A stretch of DNA of 64,000 nucleotides. Origin: Candidatus Sungiibacteriota bacterium (GTDB lineage: Bacteria; Patescibacteriota; Minisyncoccia; Sungbacterales; HO2-52-23). Made by a program: the position numbers and the translations under genes. The stretch is taken from assembly GCA_016432465.1 (NCBI GenBank), contig CP066690.1:250702-314701 (forward strand), written 5' to 3'. The notes below the pieces were generated by a model. That model made no database searches. It was not told the origin of the DNA and saw only the letters and a list, made by a program, of their open reading frames with translations. Of this stretch, positions 44,519-54,618 are shown one piece after another; the stretch's first letter is position 1; the number at the start of each line of letters is the position of its first letter.

Positions 44519-45158
44519 TATGCCCAAGAAAAACGTCGCACAAATTAAAAAAGAACTTCTACGGGGCCTCAAGGTTTCTCGACGCAGGACAAAAAAGCCA
44601 GAGATTTTGGCTCTCGTGGGGATTACCGGTGCCGGCAATAGCACCATTGCACGAGAATTTAGTCGGATGCTCGGATGGACAGTGATTGAAAAAAACAAGA
44701 TACGCGTAAAACTTCGCGAAGAGGGTCCAGGATTTACGGTGGCCAATACCAACGCTCTACATGAAGCGATGGTAAAAGAAGTTATCATGCGGCTCGGAAA
44801 CGTAATCCTTGATTCTGACATGGTTGAGAAACCAAAAAGAAAGCGGCTCGAGCGACTGGCGAGAAAATACGGAGCGCGGGTAGCGTATCTGCACTTAACC
44901 TGTAACCGTGATGTCATGCTTGAACGAATGATACGAGCAAAATATAATCCCAAAACAAACATTTTTAAGAGCGCCGCGATTGCCGTCAGGGAACATTGCC
45001 GACGCTACCCATGGCACTATCGCTGGTCTCCTGCCAACGGCGGACAATATGTTTTGCGAAAACTGCCCATAAAATTCTTTGCCGAGATAGATACCACCGA
45101 TCCTGCCAAGTGGCGCAAGAAATTACGAAACATTGTAAAGCGCCTCAAAAAGTTATAA
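44519..45158 (+). CDS. P-loop NTPase / small-molecule kinase-like protein (AAA_33/zeta-toxin-like fold)
   Basis: Walker A GITGAGNST at the N-terminus of a roughly 213-aa protein; start taken at MPKKNVAQ. Confidence 0.55.
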
Positions 45159-45276
45159 ATTGCCTTGATTTTACGCAACATTTTTTACCCCCGACAGGTG
45201 GGACGTTAGAACCTTTACATAAAATATCGAAGCTGATACTCTGATATTAGAACCTTCGACAAGGAGGAAGAAACAA

Positions 45277-45543
45277 ATGAGTCTTGCGTTTCAGGAAGTA
45301 GAACGGATTAAGAAGCAATTTGAACAAGAATACTTCTTTGCGCAGCCATATTCGGAATACGTGAATATGTGTGGCATCGCCAAGATTGGGGTAAGAGACA
45401 AAATTGTTCCGATTGATGTAGCTGGTGATTTCTGTATTTTGGTTGGGCTTCGCAAACCGCTACCGCAAAATCTTTCTTTACCCACTGAATACCAAGGAGT
45501 AAAAGTAGTTGTTGGGGTCATCGGAGAAATCCGTCCTCTCTAG
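45277..45543 (+). CDS. hypothetical protein
   Basis: strong ribosome-binding site ACAAGGAGGAAGAAACAA immediately before the ATG; 88 aa. Confidence 0.5.
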   Translation: MSLAFQEVERIKKQFEQEYFFAQPYSEYVNMCGIAKIGVRDKIVPIDVAGDFCILVGLRKPLPQNLSLPTEYQGVKVVVGVIGEIRPL

Positions 45544-45688
45544 CCGACCAAGTCGGCTATTTATTTACAATCGCATTTTCAAGTGGTGGTTTGGGTATAT
45601 AAAAACGTTTAGCGTTAATCATCCAAGGGGTTCAAACATCATCCACTACCCTCCGCCAAAAAAAGAAACCCCGAGTGGGGTTTTGTGG

Positions 45689-46198
45689 TTACTCATATAT
45701 TGGTTCAAAAAGTAGTAGCAGCGGATAAACAACGCCGTCACGATCATACACCCCCTGCCAATTACCACGGAATGCCGGATGAACGCAAAGAATTTTTACA
45801 GTGGCATAAACCCTTATGACAAAGGGCTGTTTGGGCGGAGACTGATCATCGGGGTCGTGGAAAGGAATAAGATATCTTTCATACACGAGTTCGTTCTGCA
45901 GATAAAAAAGCTCATCTCTCAAATCGGCGCTTAACTCTTTTTCAAGGAAAATGAGCGTTGCTTTTTCCGCAATCACCATAAAAGTCCCCGTACCCGCATC
46001 GTAGCGAATCTCTCTTACCGGACTTTCTATGCTGCAGTTATAAACTCCCTGTTTTTCGTTTTCTGACAGTGGAAAATCGCCCGAAGAGATCTCCTTGCGA
46101 ACCCAATGATGATCTTCGTGAAAAGCAGCATAACCAAAAGATACTGTAACAAAAAGGAGAACCAGAATCGGCAAACCAAAAATCTTTTGCCTAACCAA
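45689..46198 (-). CDS. hypothetical secreted/membrane-anchored protein
   Basis: N-terminal hydrophobic segment; 169 aa. Confidence 0.4.
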   Translation of the reverse strand: MVRQKIFGLPILVLLFVTVSFGYAAFHEDHHWVRKEISSGDFPLSENEKQGVYNCSIESPVREIRYDAGTGTFMVIAEKATLIFLEKELSADLRDELFYLQNELVYERYLIPFHDPDDQSPPKQPFVIRVYATVKILCVHPAFRGNWQGVYDRDGVVYPLLLLFEPIYE

Positions 46199-46295
46199 TT
46201 TCCTACCCTCTGGACTTTTAATCTAAAACTACCACAAATATGTTGTAAATGCAAACTAATTTGCTGGCTATACAAATTTTTGCTATACTTAATCC

Positions 46296-46832
46296 ATGCC
46301 CAACCAAATTATTGACCTTAGACAATCCACCCGCGTAAAAGCCGCCGAATCAGACTACCACCCGCGAGAAATAGTGCCAACCTCCATAGAGTGGACTGCA
46401 TACGAGTATAGACCCAAAGAACATGGTCAGGTTTGGTTTTTGACGCTTGGCGCTGTAACTCTTTTTTTAGTCATATTGGGTTTCGTCATACGCAATTATT
46501 TTTTTGTGGTTTTTATTGTGCTCGCCTACGCCGTTATTATACTTTACACCAAACGCGGCCCCCAAAAATTTTCTGCGGCTCTGGCTAAAGAGGGCGTACG
46601 GTTTGGTAAAATGCTGTATAAATTCTCTGACTTAAAATCGTTTTGGATATTTAATTACGGGGATCAAGCGGAGTTATCGCTCGAAACAACTAAAACCATC
46701 TCTCAATTTATCCGTCTGCCCCTTGGTAGTATCAGGGCCGAAACAGTGAGAAACTTTATGATAAAATATCTTCCCGAAGAGGAACACCAAGAGTTAATTA
46801 CAGACAAGATTACCCGAGGTTTGGGGTTTTAG
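46296..46832 (+). CDS. hypothetical membrane protein
   Basis: two adjacent TM helices after a roughly 40-aa N-terminus; 178 aa. Confidence 0.4.
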   Translation: MPNQIIDLRQSTRVKAAESDYHPREIVPTSIEWTAYEYRPKEHGQVWFLTLGAVTLFLVILGFVIRNYFFVVFIVLAYAVIILYTKRGPQKFSAALAKEGVRFGKMLYKFSDLKSFWIFNYGDQAELSLETTKTISQFIRLPLGSIRAETVRNFMIKYLPEEEHQELITDKITRGLGF

Positions 46833-46912
46833 TTTTAAACTTGCGCTCGTCGTTCAACGGACAGGACAGAAGCTTGCGGAGCTTCAGATAGGGGCCCGCC
46901 CCCCACCTATGT

Positions 46913-46985
46913 GTCCCCGTAGTTCAGCGGATAGAATGCCAGCTTGCGGAGCTGGAGGTCGCAGGTTCGAATCCTGCCGGGGACG
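46913..46985 (+). tRNA. tRNA-Arg (anticodon GCG)
   Basis: acceptor GTCCCCG/CGGGGAC, anticodon stem CCAGC/GCTGG with loop TTGCGGA, T-arm GCAGG-TTCGAAT-CCTGC; flanked by complementary CCCCCACCTAT / ATAGGTGGGGGG; a duplicate of the anticodon arm lies at 46868-46886. Confidence 0.7.
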
Positions 46986-47025
46986 TATAGGTGGGGGGTG
47001 AAATTCCTCTCGAGCACGTCACATA

Positions 47026-47766
47026 ATGGAACTGGAGACAGAATTAAAAAAAATTGGACTTTCCGAAAAAGAAGCCAAGGTCTATTTGGCGGCTTTACGC
47101 TTGGGCCCGGCAACGGCGGCGGACCTAGCAAGACACGCCGGCGTAAACCGCGCCACGACCTACGTGGTCATTGAAAAACTGAAAAAAGAAGGCCTCGCGA
47201 GCTCTTACGGCCGTGGGAAGAAAACATACTTTTCACCCGAACCACCGGAACAACTTAAAAATCTATTCGCTCTGCAGGAACAGCGCCTTAGGGCGGGATT
47301 TAAAGATGTACAAAAAATCTTCCCGGAACTGAAAAAAATTTACGAGTCTGCCGGGGAGAGGCCGCTGGTACGATTCTTTGAGGGAAAGGAGGGGTCAGCG
47401 GCCGTACGCGCTGATATTCTTAGATCCAAACCAAAAGTGCTGGATGAAATTATACCGCTGATAGAAGAGGTAAAACTTTCAGAAAAAGATAAAACGGCCC
47501 TAAAAAAACTTAGGGTCCCCAGACGCGCTATTTATACCAGCCGTAAAAGTAGCCCCGCTTTGCCGCCCGAAGAAAAATTTTTTAAACGCAAGTTAATAAA
47601 CCACGGGGATTTTCCGGTGGAAACGGAAATAGTGCTTTATGGCAACAAGGCAGCGCTGCTGGCCCTAAAGAAACGGTTTACGGGCATTATTATTGAAGAC
47701 GAGGTAATCGTAAAAACGCTCAAGCTTATATTTGAAATGCTGTGGAATCACCCCAAACTAAAATAG
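47026..47766 (+). CDS. TrmB-family transcriptional regulator
   Basis: N-terminal winged-HTH LSEKEAKVYLAALRLGPATAADLARHAGVNRATTYVVIEKL plus a C-terminal sensing domain; 246 aa. Confidence 0.7.
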   Translation: MELETELKKIGLSEKEAKVYLAALRLGPATAADLARHAGVNRATTYVVIEKLKKEGLASSYGRGKKTYFSPEPPEQLKNLFALQEQRLRAGFKDVQKIFPELKKIYESAGERPLVRFFEGKEGSAAVRADILRSKPKVLDEIIPLIEEVKLSEKDKTALKKLRVPRRAIYTSRKSSPALPPEEKFFKRKLINHGDFPVETEIVLYGNKAALLALKKRFTGIIIEDEVIVKTLKLIFEMLWNHPKLK

Positions 47767-48074
47767 GCACGCCGGAAAATCCCGGATGCCCATGTGATGG
47801 AGAGGTTGTGGGTGATGGGTGATGACGCGGTTTTTTGTTTTTGTGGTGGTCTTAACGTCCGCCGCCGCAGTGGGCCACCGGCCTTAGAAAGTACAATTTT
47901 CTTCGGGGATCCGGTGGAAACAGCTCCATACCAGAATAGCCTCCTTTCTGGCCCCCTGACCTCTATTTGGGGGGTCATCTTAATTATACACCGAGATGTC
48001 ATTTTTTGTCAAGTATTGACCCGTACTAATTTATATGGTAAGTTATACTAAACCGCACGTGGAGGACACACCTA

Positions 48075-48710
48075 ATGGCGCTCTTCGGGGCTTCACAGGA
48101 CACAATAGAAAAAGAAAGAAAAGAATCTTTTCGTAAAGGATTTAATGAGGGCATTTATGCCCTATTCTACCAACTTGGGTACGTAAACAAGGGATCCGGG
48201 AAGGCTGTAGAAGATGCCGTATCTCAATTTGGTATAGCTGACGGGGATTTAGAAGAAAACCTTGTCCCTTTTCTTACGGCAGCGTACGTGGACGGCTGCA
48301 AGGATGCGGAAGATGAGATGCCCAGTAGAGCAGAACTCAAATTAGGGTTAAACTTTCTGGTGAGAAGGGTAATTGAGCCCGAACCCAAAAAAGATCAAAA
48401 AAGCAAGAAAGAAGAGCTGGAAGAAAAAAGAGCAACAGTAAAACGAGAGTTGCTAAAACGTCTTGAACCGCATGGTTTTATAGAGTACACACTTCCTTAT
48501 ATCGGTGATTCAAGCCAAGAGGGGTATTTAAGCAGTATCCCTGTACACGCAACGGTCCACCAATTGATTAGTCATGCTGGAACGGTTGCCCAAGAGCTTA
48601 ACGTGAAGATTACATGCCGGTTTTGCTGCTATACGAACATAAAAACCGTTTGTCTTGTGTTTGAGTTTCTTGATACGAGGTTCGCCGTGGGGCCAAAAGT
48701 GCCAGAATAG
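48075..48710 (+). CDS. hypothetical protein
   Basis: 211-aa ORF; TTGACC-N17-TAAGTT promoter-like sequence upstream. Confidence 0.4.
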   Translation: MALFGASQDTIEKERKESFRKGFNEGIYALFYQLGYVNKGSGKAVEDAVSQFGIADGDLEENLVPFLTAAYVDGCKDAEDEMPSRAELKLGLNFLVRRVIEPEPKKDQKSKKEELEEKRATVKRELLKRLEPHGFIEYTLPYIGDSSQEGYLSSIPVHATVHQLISHAGTVAQELNVKITCRFCCYTNIKTVCLVFEFLDTRFAVGPKVPE

Positions 48711-48854
48711 TTGTTAAGGTAAAATCCGTCCCGACTAGTCGGGACTGATTTTGATTTCCAAAAAAGTTAGACAAAAATAACAAATTTTAAATGGATAAAA
48801 ATGGCTTATATAAAGAGAGAAACTGCTAAACGCTGTTCGGTATTGTTAATGGCT

Positions 48855-48890
48855 CTTGACAAATTTTCTGGGATCGTGTATACTCCTATC
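48855..48890 (+). promoter_or_regulatory. near-consensus sigma-70 promoter TTGACA-N17-TATACT with no ORF for about 540 bp downstream
   Basis: TTGACAAATTTTCTGGGATCGTGTATACT read directly. Confidence 0.5.
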
Positions 48891-49165
48891 TAGACACGTT
48901 GGTGTACGGTTTGGGAACACAGAGCACTTTCCTATCAAGAACTGTGTAAATAAAGGGTTGCCGGGGGAATCTAATATAGATTTACGGCAATAAATAACAT
49001 TTTGTGCCCCGGAAGGAACAGGGGTTGGTGCCGTAGTCTTTTTCCATGTGATCCTTTATTTGCACCACTCTTGATAGGAAATCAAGAAGTTTAAGGGGGT
49101 GACGACTTAAGGCTCTTGCATAATAATTTTCGTTACGATTCGTTACGAAAGGTTACTGTGCAAGA

Positions 49166-49225
49166 GATCTTAAGTCGCCCTCCTGCCAAAGTTTGCTTTA
49201 AGTTGGGTTAACTTTGGCAGGAGGG
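49166..49225 (+). repeat. 18-bp-stem hairpin (CGCCCTCCTGCCAAAGTT..AACTTTGGCAGGAGGGGA)
   Basis: read directly; adjacent to MITE copy 3. Confidence 0.5.
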
Positions 49226-49237
49226 GATTATCCGTAT

Positions 49238-49366
49238 TTATCCCCCCACCTTCCCAGAATACCCTACAGCTTGGGAAGTCAGACTTCCCTTGCTGCGGGG
49301 ATGAATGGGTGCCGTAGAAATCCTTCCCGAGGGGTCCAACACCCGCTGGGAAGGTGGGGGGATTTA
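49238..49366. mobile_element. MITE-like palindromic element, copy 3
   Basis: about 95% identical to copy 2, same orientation. Confidence 0.7.
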
Positions 49367-49370
49367 TTTT

Positions 49371-49412
49371 AATAAAGAAAAACAGCGCTTGCGCTGTTTT
49401 TCTTTTTCTTAA
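49371..49412. terminator. bidirectional terminator-like hairpin AAAAACAGCGC-TTGC-GCGCTGTTTTT
   Basis: palindrome with flanking A-run and T-run. Confidence 0.5.
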
Positions 49413-49431
49413 AAAATTATAAAGTAACCAC

Positions 49432-51537
49432 ATGGCTGACATCCGTATCCACACCCCCATAGAGCAAGTCCCGGCCATCAGGAAAAGGATCATTCCGTCC
49501 CTGAAGCGTCTGGGTATAAAAACCATACGCGATCTTTTGTTTCATTTTCCTTCGCGCTACGAAGATTTTTCAAATTTAAAAACAGTCCAAACCCTTGAGG
49601 CCGGCGAAACGGTCACTATCCAAGGATACGTGAAAAGAGTAACCAATCGCCGGACTCCCCGAAAAAGAATGTTTTTAACCGAAGCCGTAATAAATGACGG
49701 AACGGGAAATATAAAAGCCCTGTGGTTCAACCAGCCCTTTCTCGTAAGAAACATAAAATCCGGAAACATAGTGAGTTTGTCGGGCAAAGTAGCGTGGGGG
49801 CAGGGCGGATTGTATCTTCAGAATCCTGCCTACGAGAGAATTCATAATTCAGAGTTTAAAACAACTAGTTCACAAGGAACACATACCGGAGGACTGGTGG
49901 CTATGTATCCGGAAACGGAAGGTATTTCTTCCCGCTGGTTAAGATATCTTATAAAGTCGTTCCTGAGCTTTAGGAAGGAACTTGCTGATCCCCTTCCTTC
50001 GGAGACTAGAAAAAGACACATGCTGTCCGATATTTATACGGCCTTGCAAAACATTCATTTCCCCCAAAACACACAAGAGGCGGAGGGGGCACGCCGCAGG
50101 TTTAGTTTTGAACAGATGCTTTTTATACAGCTTCGGGCCCTGAAAGAACGTATGCGCCTCAAAAAATTCAGCGCACCAGCTATTTCCTTGAATCTCCCGC
50201 TCCTGAAAAAATTTGTAAACTCTCTTCCCTATGAGCTAACCGACGCCCAACGCCGTTCCGTCTGGGAAATTGTGCAGGATATTTCCAAACCCCGCCCTAT
50301 GAACCGCCTGCTGGAAGGAGACGTAGGGTCCGGCAAAACAGTAGTTGCGGCTGCGGCTTCACTCCTTGCTATTCAGGAGGGGTACGAAGTCGCCTTTATG
50401 GCGCCGACAGAGATTCTTGCCAAGCAGCACTACTCAACGCTTGAAAAAATATTACACCCTTTTGGGGTTCGGGTTGGACTTCTTACCGGATCCGAAAAAA
50501 ACAAACGTAGTAACACCCTGCTCTGTGTAGGAACTCACGCCTTAATACAAAAAAACGCCCACTTTAAAAATCTGGGGTTGGTGATTGTTGATGAACAGCA
50601 TCGTTTTGGCGTGGAGCAACGCGCCCAGCTTGCCAAAAACAGTTCCGGTTCCCTTCCCCATTTCTTGTCTATGAGCGCCACACCCATCCCCCGGACATTG
50701 GCTCTCACCGTATATGGAGATCTTGACCTTTCTATACTGGACGAGCTGCCTAAAAACCGCAGGGAAATTATTACTAAAATTATCGGGCCCGGGAAACGGG
50801 AAGAAACATATCAATTCATCCGGGAAGGGGTGAAGCGGGGGGGACAGGCGTTTGTGATTTGCCCGAGAATAGAAGTCGGGGGTCAGGGATTGAAAATCGG
50901 AAAAATATCCCAACAGAAACTGCTTCTGGCCGACACCAAGACCGTGAAAGAGGAATATAAAAAACTATCCGAGAAAATTTTCCCGGATTTAAATGTGGGC
51001 ATACTCCACGGAAAGATGCCCGCCAAAGGCGGGTCCGCCTCCGGCGGAAAATCAAAAGAGCAAACTATGAAAGAATTCAAAGAAGGTAAGATAGATATTC
51101 TCGTCTCCACGTCGGTGGTGGAAGTAGGGGTGGACATACCCAACGCCACCATCATGGTGATTGAGGGAGCGGAAAAGTTTGGGCTGGCCCAACTTCATCA
51201 ATTTCGCGGTCGTGTGGGCAGAGGCGAACATCAATCTTACTGCTTCCTTTTTCCCACCGAGAATGGACTTGTAACCAAGCGGCTTAGGGCAGTGGTGGAG
51301 GCCAAGAACGGGTTTGAACTGGCAGAAAAAGATCTGGAAATCCGGGGGCCGGGAGACTTATTTGGCATACGCCAATGGGGAGTTCCGGACGTTGTATTGG
51401 CTGACATAAACAATGCCCGCCTGGTACGGGAAGTACGCGTTGCGGCCTTGGAGCTTATTAAAAAAGACCCTTCTTTGACCGGCTACCCCTTACTTTTGGA
51501 AGAACTCAAGCGCAGCCACACCCTTCATCTTGAATAA
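49432..51537 (+). CDS. recG: ATP-dependent DNA helicase RecG (carries an in-frame 12-aa repeat-derived insertion)
   Basis: wedge domain N-terminus; helicase motif I GDVGSGKT, motif II DEQHRFG; 701 aa; residues PAKGGSASGGKS are encoded by the double-hairpin repeat at 51017-51056. Confidence 0.9.
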   Translation: MADIRIHTPIEQVPAIRKRIIPSLKRLGIKTIRDLLFHFPSRYEDFSNLKTVQTLEAGETVTIQGYVKRVTNRRTPRKRMFLTEAVINDGTGNIKALWFNQPFLVRNIKSGNIVSLSGKVAWGQGGLYLQNPAYERIHNSEFKTTSSQGTHTGGLVAMYPETEGISSRWLRYLIKSFLSFRKELADPLPSETRKRHMLSDIYTALQNIHFPQNTQEAEGARRRFSFEQMLFIQLRALKERMRLKKFSAPAISLNLPLLKKFVNSLPYELTDAQRRSVWEIVQDISKPRPMNRLLEGDVGSGKTVVAAAASLLAIQEGYEVAFMAPTEILAKQHYSTLEKILHPFGVRVGLLTGSEKNKRSNTLLCVGTHALIQKNAHFKNLGLVIVDEQHRFGVEQRAQLAKNSSGSLPHFLSMSATPIPRTLALTVYGDLDLSILDELPKNRREIITKIIGPGKREETYQFIREGVKRGGQAFVICPRIEVGGQGLKIGKISQQKLLLADTKTVKEEYKKLSEKIFPDLNVGILHGKMPAKGGSASGGKSKEQTMKEFKEGKIDILVSTSVVEVGVDIPNATIMVIEGAEKFGLAQLHQFRGRVGRGEHQSYCFLFPTENGLVTKRLRAVVEAKNGFELAEKDLEIRGPGDLFGIRQWGVPDVVLADINNARLVREVRVAALELIKKDPSLTGYPLLLEELKRSHTLHLE
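51017..51056 (+). repeat. 40-nt double-hairpin repeat, copy 4, inserted in frame inside recG
   Basis: GATGCCCGCCAAAGGCGGGTCCGCCTCCGGCGGAAAATC versus the consensus CTTGCCCGCCAGAGGCGGGTCCGCCTTTGGCGGAAAAACT. Confidence 0.65.
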
Positions 51538-51643
51538 ATCCCCCCACCTTCCCAGCGGGGTATTGGACCCCGCGGGAAGGATTTCTACGGCGCCCATTCA
51601 CCCCCACAGCTTGCTGCGGGGTATTCTGGGAAGGTGAGGGGAT
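51536..51643. mobile_element. MITE-like palindromic element, copy 4 (opposite orientation, internal deletion)
   Basis: AAATCCCCCCACCTTCCCAGCGGGGTATTGGACCCCGCGGGAAGG...GGGAAGGTGAGGGGAT directly after the recG stop. Confidence 0.7.
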
Positions 51644-51684
51644 AAAATTAAAACACGGCTCTGTGACAGCCGTGCTTCGGAAAC

Positions 51685-52920
51685 TCAAAGTGTCCTAAAC
51701 ACTTTAGCAATACGGATAAGTGCCAGTTTAAGCACGTCTTTTTCAATGATAAGGGGCGGTGAAAAACGAATTACGTTCTCGTGCGCATCCTTGCAGAGAA
51801 TCCGCTCCCCGCGCAAGGCGTCAACAAATCTGGCAGCTCCTCCTGCCTCGGGCCGCAATTCAATTCCCACCAAAAGACCCCTTCCACGCACCTCTTTTAT
51901 GTAAGGACTATAGATATTTTTAAGCTCGGATATAAAAAATTCTCCAAGTTCGGCAGCGCGCTGCGGCAGGTTTTCCCGCACAAGCAAATGCATCTCTTCA
52001 CGCGCCACGGCACAAGCCAGCGGATTTCCGCCAAAAGTGCTTCCGTGATCTCCGGGTTCAAAAACATCCATAAGTTCATTTATCCCTACTACTGCAGAAA
52101 TTCCCAAGCCGCCACCCAAGCCCTTACCCAGAAGCATTGCGTCCGGAAAAGACCCGTCATGCATATAAGCAAACATCTTACCTGTTCTGCCCAAACCAGT
52201 TTGAACCTCGTCCAGAATCATCAAAACGTGGTGAGCATCGCATATTTGACGAACATCGTTTAAGTAGCCGTCCGGAGGAACCAAAATTCCACCCTCGCCC
52301 TGAATAGGCTCAACAATAATGGCTGCGGTGTTGGGGTTGATCGCTTCTTCAAAAGCTCTGGCATCACCAAATGGTATTTTTTTAAACCCGGGAACCGGCG
52401 GACCAAAAAGATCATAGTACTGGGGAACGGTTGAAGCGCTTATAGCCCCGATGGTCCGGCCATGGAAATTGTTTTTACAAACAACGATCTCGGCCTGATC
52501 TTTGGGAACTACTTTTTCTGTATAAACATCTTTTCTGGTGTAAGCCCATTTGCGCGCGAGCTTGACGGCGCTATCAAAGACCTCTGCCCCGCTGGTCATA
52601 AAAAGAACCTTGTCCATGCCCGTAAACTCGGCCAGTTCCTTAGCACAAAGAATTTTCTGCTCTTCCCAAAGACAATTCGCATTGGCCGTAAGTTTACCCG
52701 CCTGACGAATGATGGCTTTTAGGATTTGGGGATGAACATGCCCGGGTGCAAGAGCGGAGTAACAAGAAAGCAGATCAACAAAAACCCGATCTTCAACATC
52801 ATAAAGCAGTACGCCTTGCCCCCGACTGACTACTAAGTCATCGGGCGGATCATAATTTCTGGGCAAATATTTATACGCTAACTCCACCAACTCTCTGATG
52901 GTTAAAGTGCGTTCACTCAT
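51685..52920 (-). CDS. class-III PLP-dependent aminotransferase (ornithine/acetylornithine aminotransferase-like)
   Basis: about 410 aa; GxGxxG-rich PLP fold; ILDEVQTGLGRTGKMFA carries the PLP-lysine context. Confidence 0.8.
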   Translation of the reverse strand: MSERTLTIRELVELAYKYLPRNYDPPDDLVVSRGQGVLLYDVEDRVFVDLLSCYSALAPGHVHPQILKAIIRQAGKLTANANCLWEEQKILCAKELAEFTGMDKVLFMTSGAEVFDSAVKLARKWAYTRKDVYTEKVVPKDQAEIVVCKNNFHGRTIGAISASTVPQYYDLFGPPVPGFKKIPFGDARAFEEAINPNTAAIIVEPIQGEGGILVPPDGYLNDVRQICDAHHVLMILDEVQTGLGRTGKMFAYMHDGSFPDAMLLGKGLGGGLGISAVVGINELMDVFEPGDHGSTFGGNPLACAVAREEMHLLVRENLPQRAAELGEFFISELKNIYSPYIKEVRGRGLLVGIELRPEAGGAARFVDALRGERILCKDAHENVIRFSPPLIIEKDVLKLALIRIAKVFRTL

Positions 52921-53015
52921 GGGCCCGTACCATTGTTGTCAACAAACCGTAAAAAGCGTATCACAGGCTACAAAAAATTACAAATTTAAAAGGCGGTTGG
53001 ACCGCCTTTTATGAA

Positions 53016-54566
53016 CTAAACAATGAGCCGTTCCTTAAGAATTTTTTTAATTAGTTCTTCGGCCCTACGAAGCGCTTGTGTATTACTCCTGCCCGTGGGA
53101 TCGTTATTAACTGCGGCAGGATCAAACGACATCAGTATTATGTGTGACCACGAATGTCCAAGGGGCGCAAGCAGACGATTGCGGCGCGCCTGCCTTAATA
53201 CTTCCACCCGCCAAGCAGCACGAGTGGCCGGAGGATGTTTACGTGCTTCTGCAACTTCCTCGTCGGAAAAAAGCGTTTCCACGCGGCCCGAACGTACAAG
53301 CTGCGGCCAAATTCCCCAGTCGTCCAAAGCGGTTAATTGATGGTGCAGCATTAGTAAATACTCACTAAGTGAAATTTGCTTGCCGTGATGTTCTATCCTT
53401 ACTTCATGGCAAGCATCCCACGAAGTGTTGTACTGGGCGAGCTTTTTTTCAAAAAGCAAGTATTTAAACCAGCATTCGGAAACACCGGCAAGGAGGGTTG
53501 GGTCCTGCCCCAAAAGCCGGAGAATTTCTTCAAACCGATACAGCACGTCCTGGTCTTCAGCAGTAAGAGAGAGTTTATCTGCGTTTTCCCAAATTAATTC
53601 CAGATACCGCCTTTGAACTTCAAGGGCCGTGAGGGTTATGGCCGAAGCAAAATGTATGGGGGTTTTAAGTGTCGGATCACACGCTAAAATATGAAAGTCG
53701 TTAAGAATTTCTCTGTACTGATATGTCTCAAACCTAGGAAAACAGCGCGGAAAGCAGTTGTTGGCTAGGAGCCGTAGAACCAAGCTGGTCATGCCAGCTT
53801 CTACGTAAGTAATGGTGTCAGAAAGCAAGGGATCGCCCTCAATAAGCTGCAGACGCTTCCATTGGGGTAAATCGTATGATTTGTAATCTGAAAAACGGCC
53901 TGTACAGATAAGTGGACGGCGAACCGTGGTTTCACTTGAAATAGTCCCCTGAATTGCCAGCGCCCGCGGAGAAAGAGTAAAAATAATTTCCTTATCGGAG
54001 TTTGGCCAAGAGTCCAAATTTTTAGGTCCGTACAAACGAGGAGCAATGCCGCCCTGTCCTGCCCAAACAACCTTGGTCACCAGAAACGGGCCAAGATAAC
54101 TAAGCAAAAATTCGTTGGGAATACGTTGCGGTATGCGGAAATTACGGTGCAAACCCCACCAATTACCACGCCAATCGGTGCTAGCCTTTAAAAGGTGGTA
54201 CGAACCCTGCGGCAGGGAAAATCGTTTGGGGTTTTGGCAAACTCTTAAAAATCGGCCTAGAATTTCAGCATCAGCGGCGCGGCTGTAAAGTGCGGCCTCA
54301 CGCGCCCCACGGCATTCCGGCGTAGCTGCCTCCAAATGGTGATAAAAACCACGCCTCAACTCTTGAGATACACGCAGCGGATGATCAATATAAATGCGGC
54401 CGCCCATGGAATTTTCATAATCAAGAACGCGATGGTCTATTAAACATTCAGTGGCTTGTTTTAAAACAGTGCGGTAAGTCAGTTCGGGTAAGGACGTGCC
54501 GTCTTCGGGGGTAAAACTTATAGCAAATTCCTGCTCAAAACCAATAATAACGTCTTCGGGCAACAT
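53016..54566 (-). CDS. Pup-ligase/deamidase (PafA/Dop) family protein, paralog 3
   Basis: N-terminal IIGFEQEFAI (compare PafA IMGIETEFG), ATPECRG (compare PafA ATAECDS), C-terminal SDEEVAEARKHPPATRAAWR (compare PafA [22 protein letters not shown]). Confidence 0.7.
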   Translation of the reverse strand: MLPEDVIIGFEQEFAISFTPEDGTSLPELTYRTVLKQATECLIDHRVLDYENSMGGRIYIDHPLRVSQELRRGFYHHLEAATPECRGAREAALYSRAADAEILGRFLRVCQNPKRFSLPQGSYHLLKASTDWRGNWWGLHRNFRIPQRIPNEFLLSYLGPFLVTKVVWAGQGGIAPRLYGPKNLDSWPNSDKEIIFTLSPRALAIQGTISSETTVRRPLICTGRFSDYKSYDLPQWKRLQLIEGDPLLSDTITYVEAGMTSLVLRLLANNCFPRCFPRFETYQYREILNDFHILACDPTLKTPIHFASAITLTALEVQRRYLELIWENADKLSLTAEDQDVLYRFEEILRLLGQDPTLLAGVSECWFKYLLFEKKLAQYNTSWDACHEVRIEHHGKQISLSEYLLMLHHQLTALDDWGIWPQLVRSGRVETLFSDEEVAEARKHPPATRAAWRVEVLRQARRNRLLAPLGHSWSHIILMSFDPAAVNNDPTGRSNTQALRRAEELIKKILKERLIV

Positions 54567-54618
54567 AAAACCACCCGGTTTTCAGGAACTAGTTATAGCA
54601 TAGGAGTGTTTAGAAATT

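Noticed and set aside
43488-44685. Six-frame ORFs 43488-43697, 43594-43929 (N-terminal part), 44308-44685 and 44394 onward (N-terminal part), which encode the recurring peptide PARGGSAFGGKT / SCPPEAGPPLAEKL
   Set aside because: These peptides are translations of the 40-nt double-hairpin repeat and of tRNA-Ser(TGA) in different frames. The real genes start downstream at MAITYIL, MPCIYIL and MPKKNVAQ.
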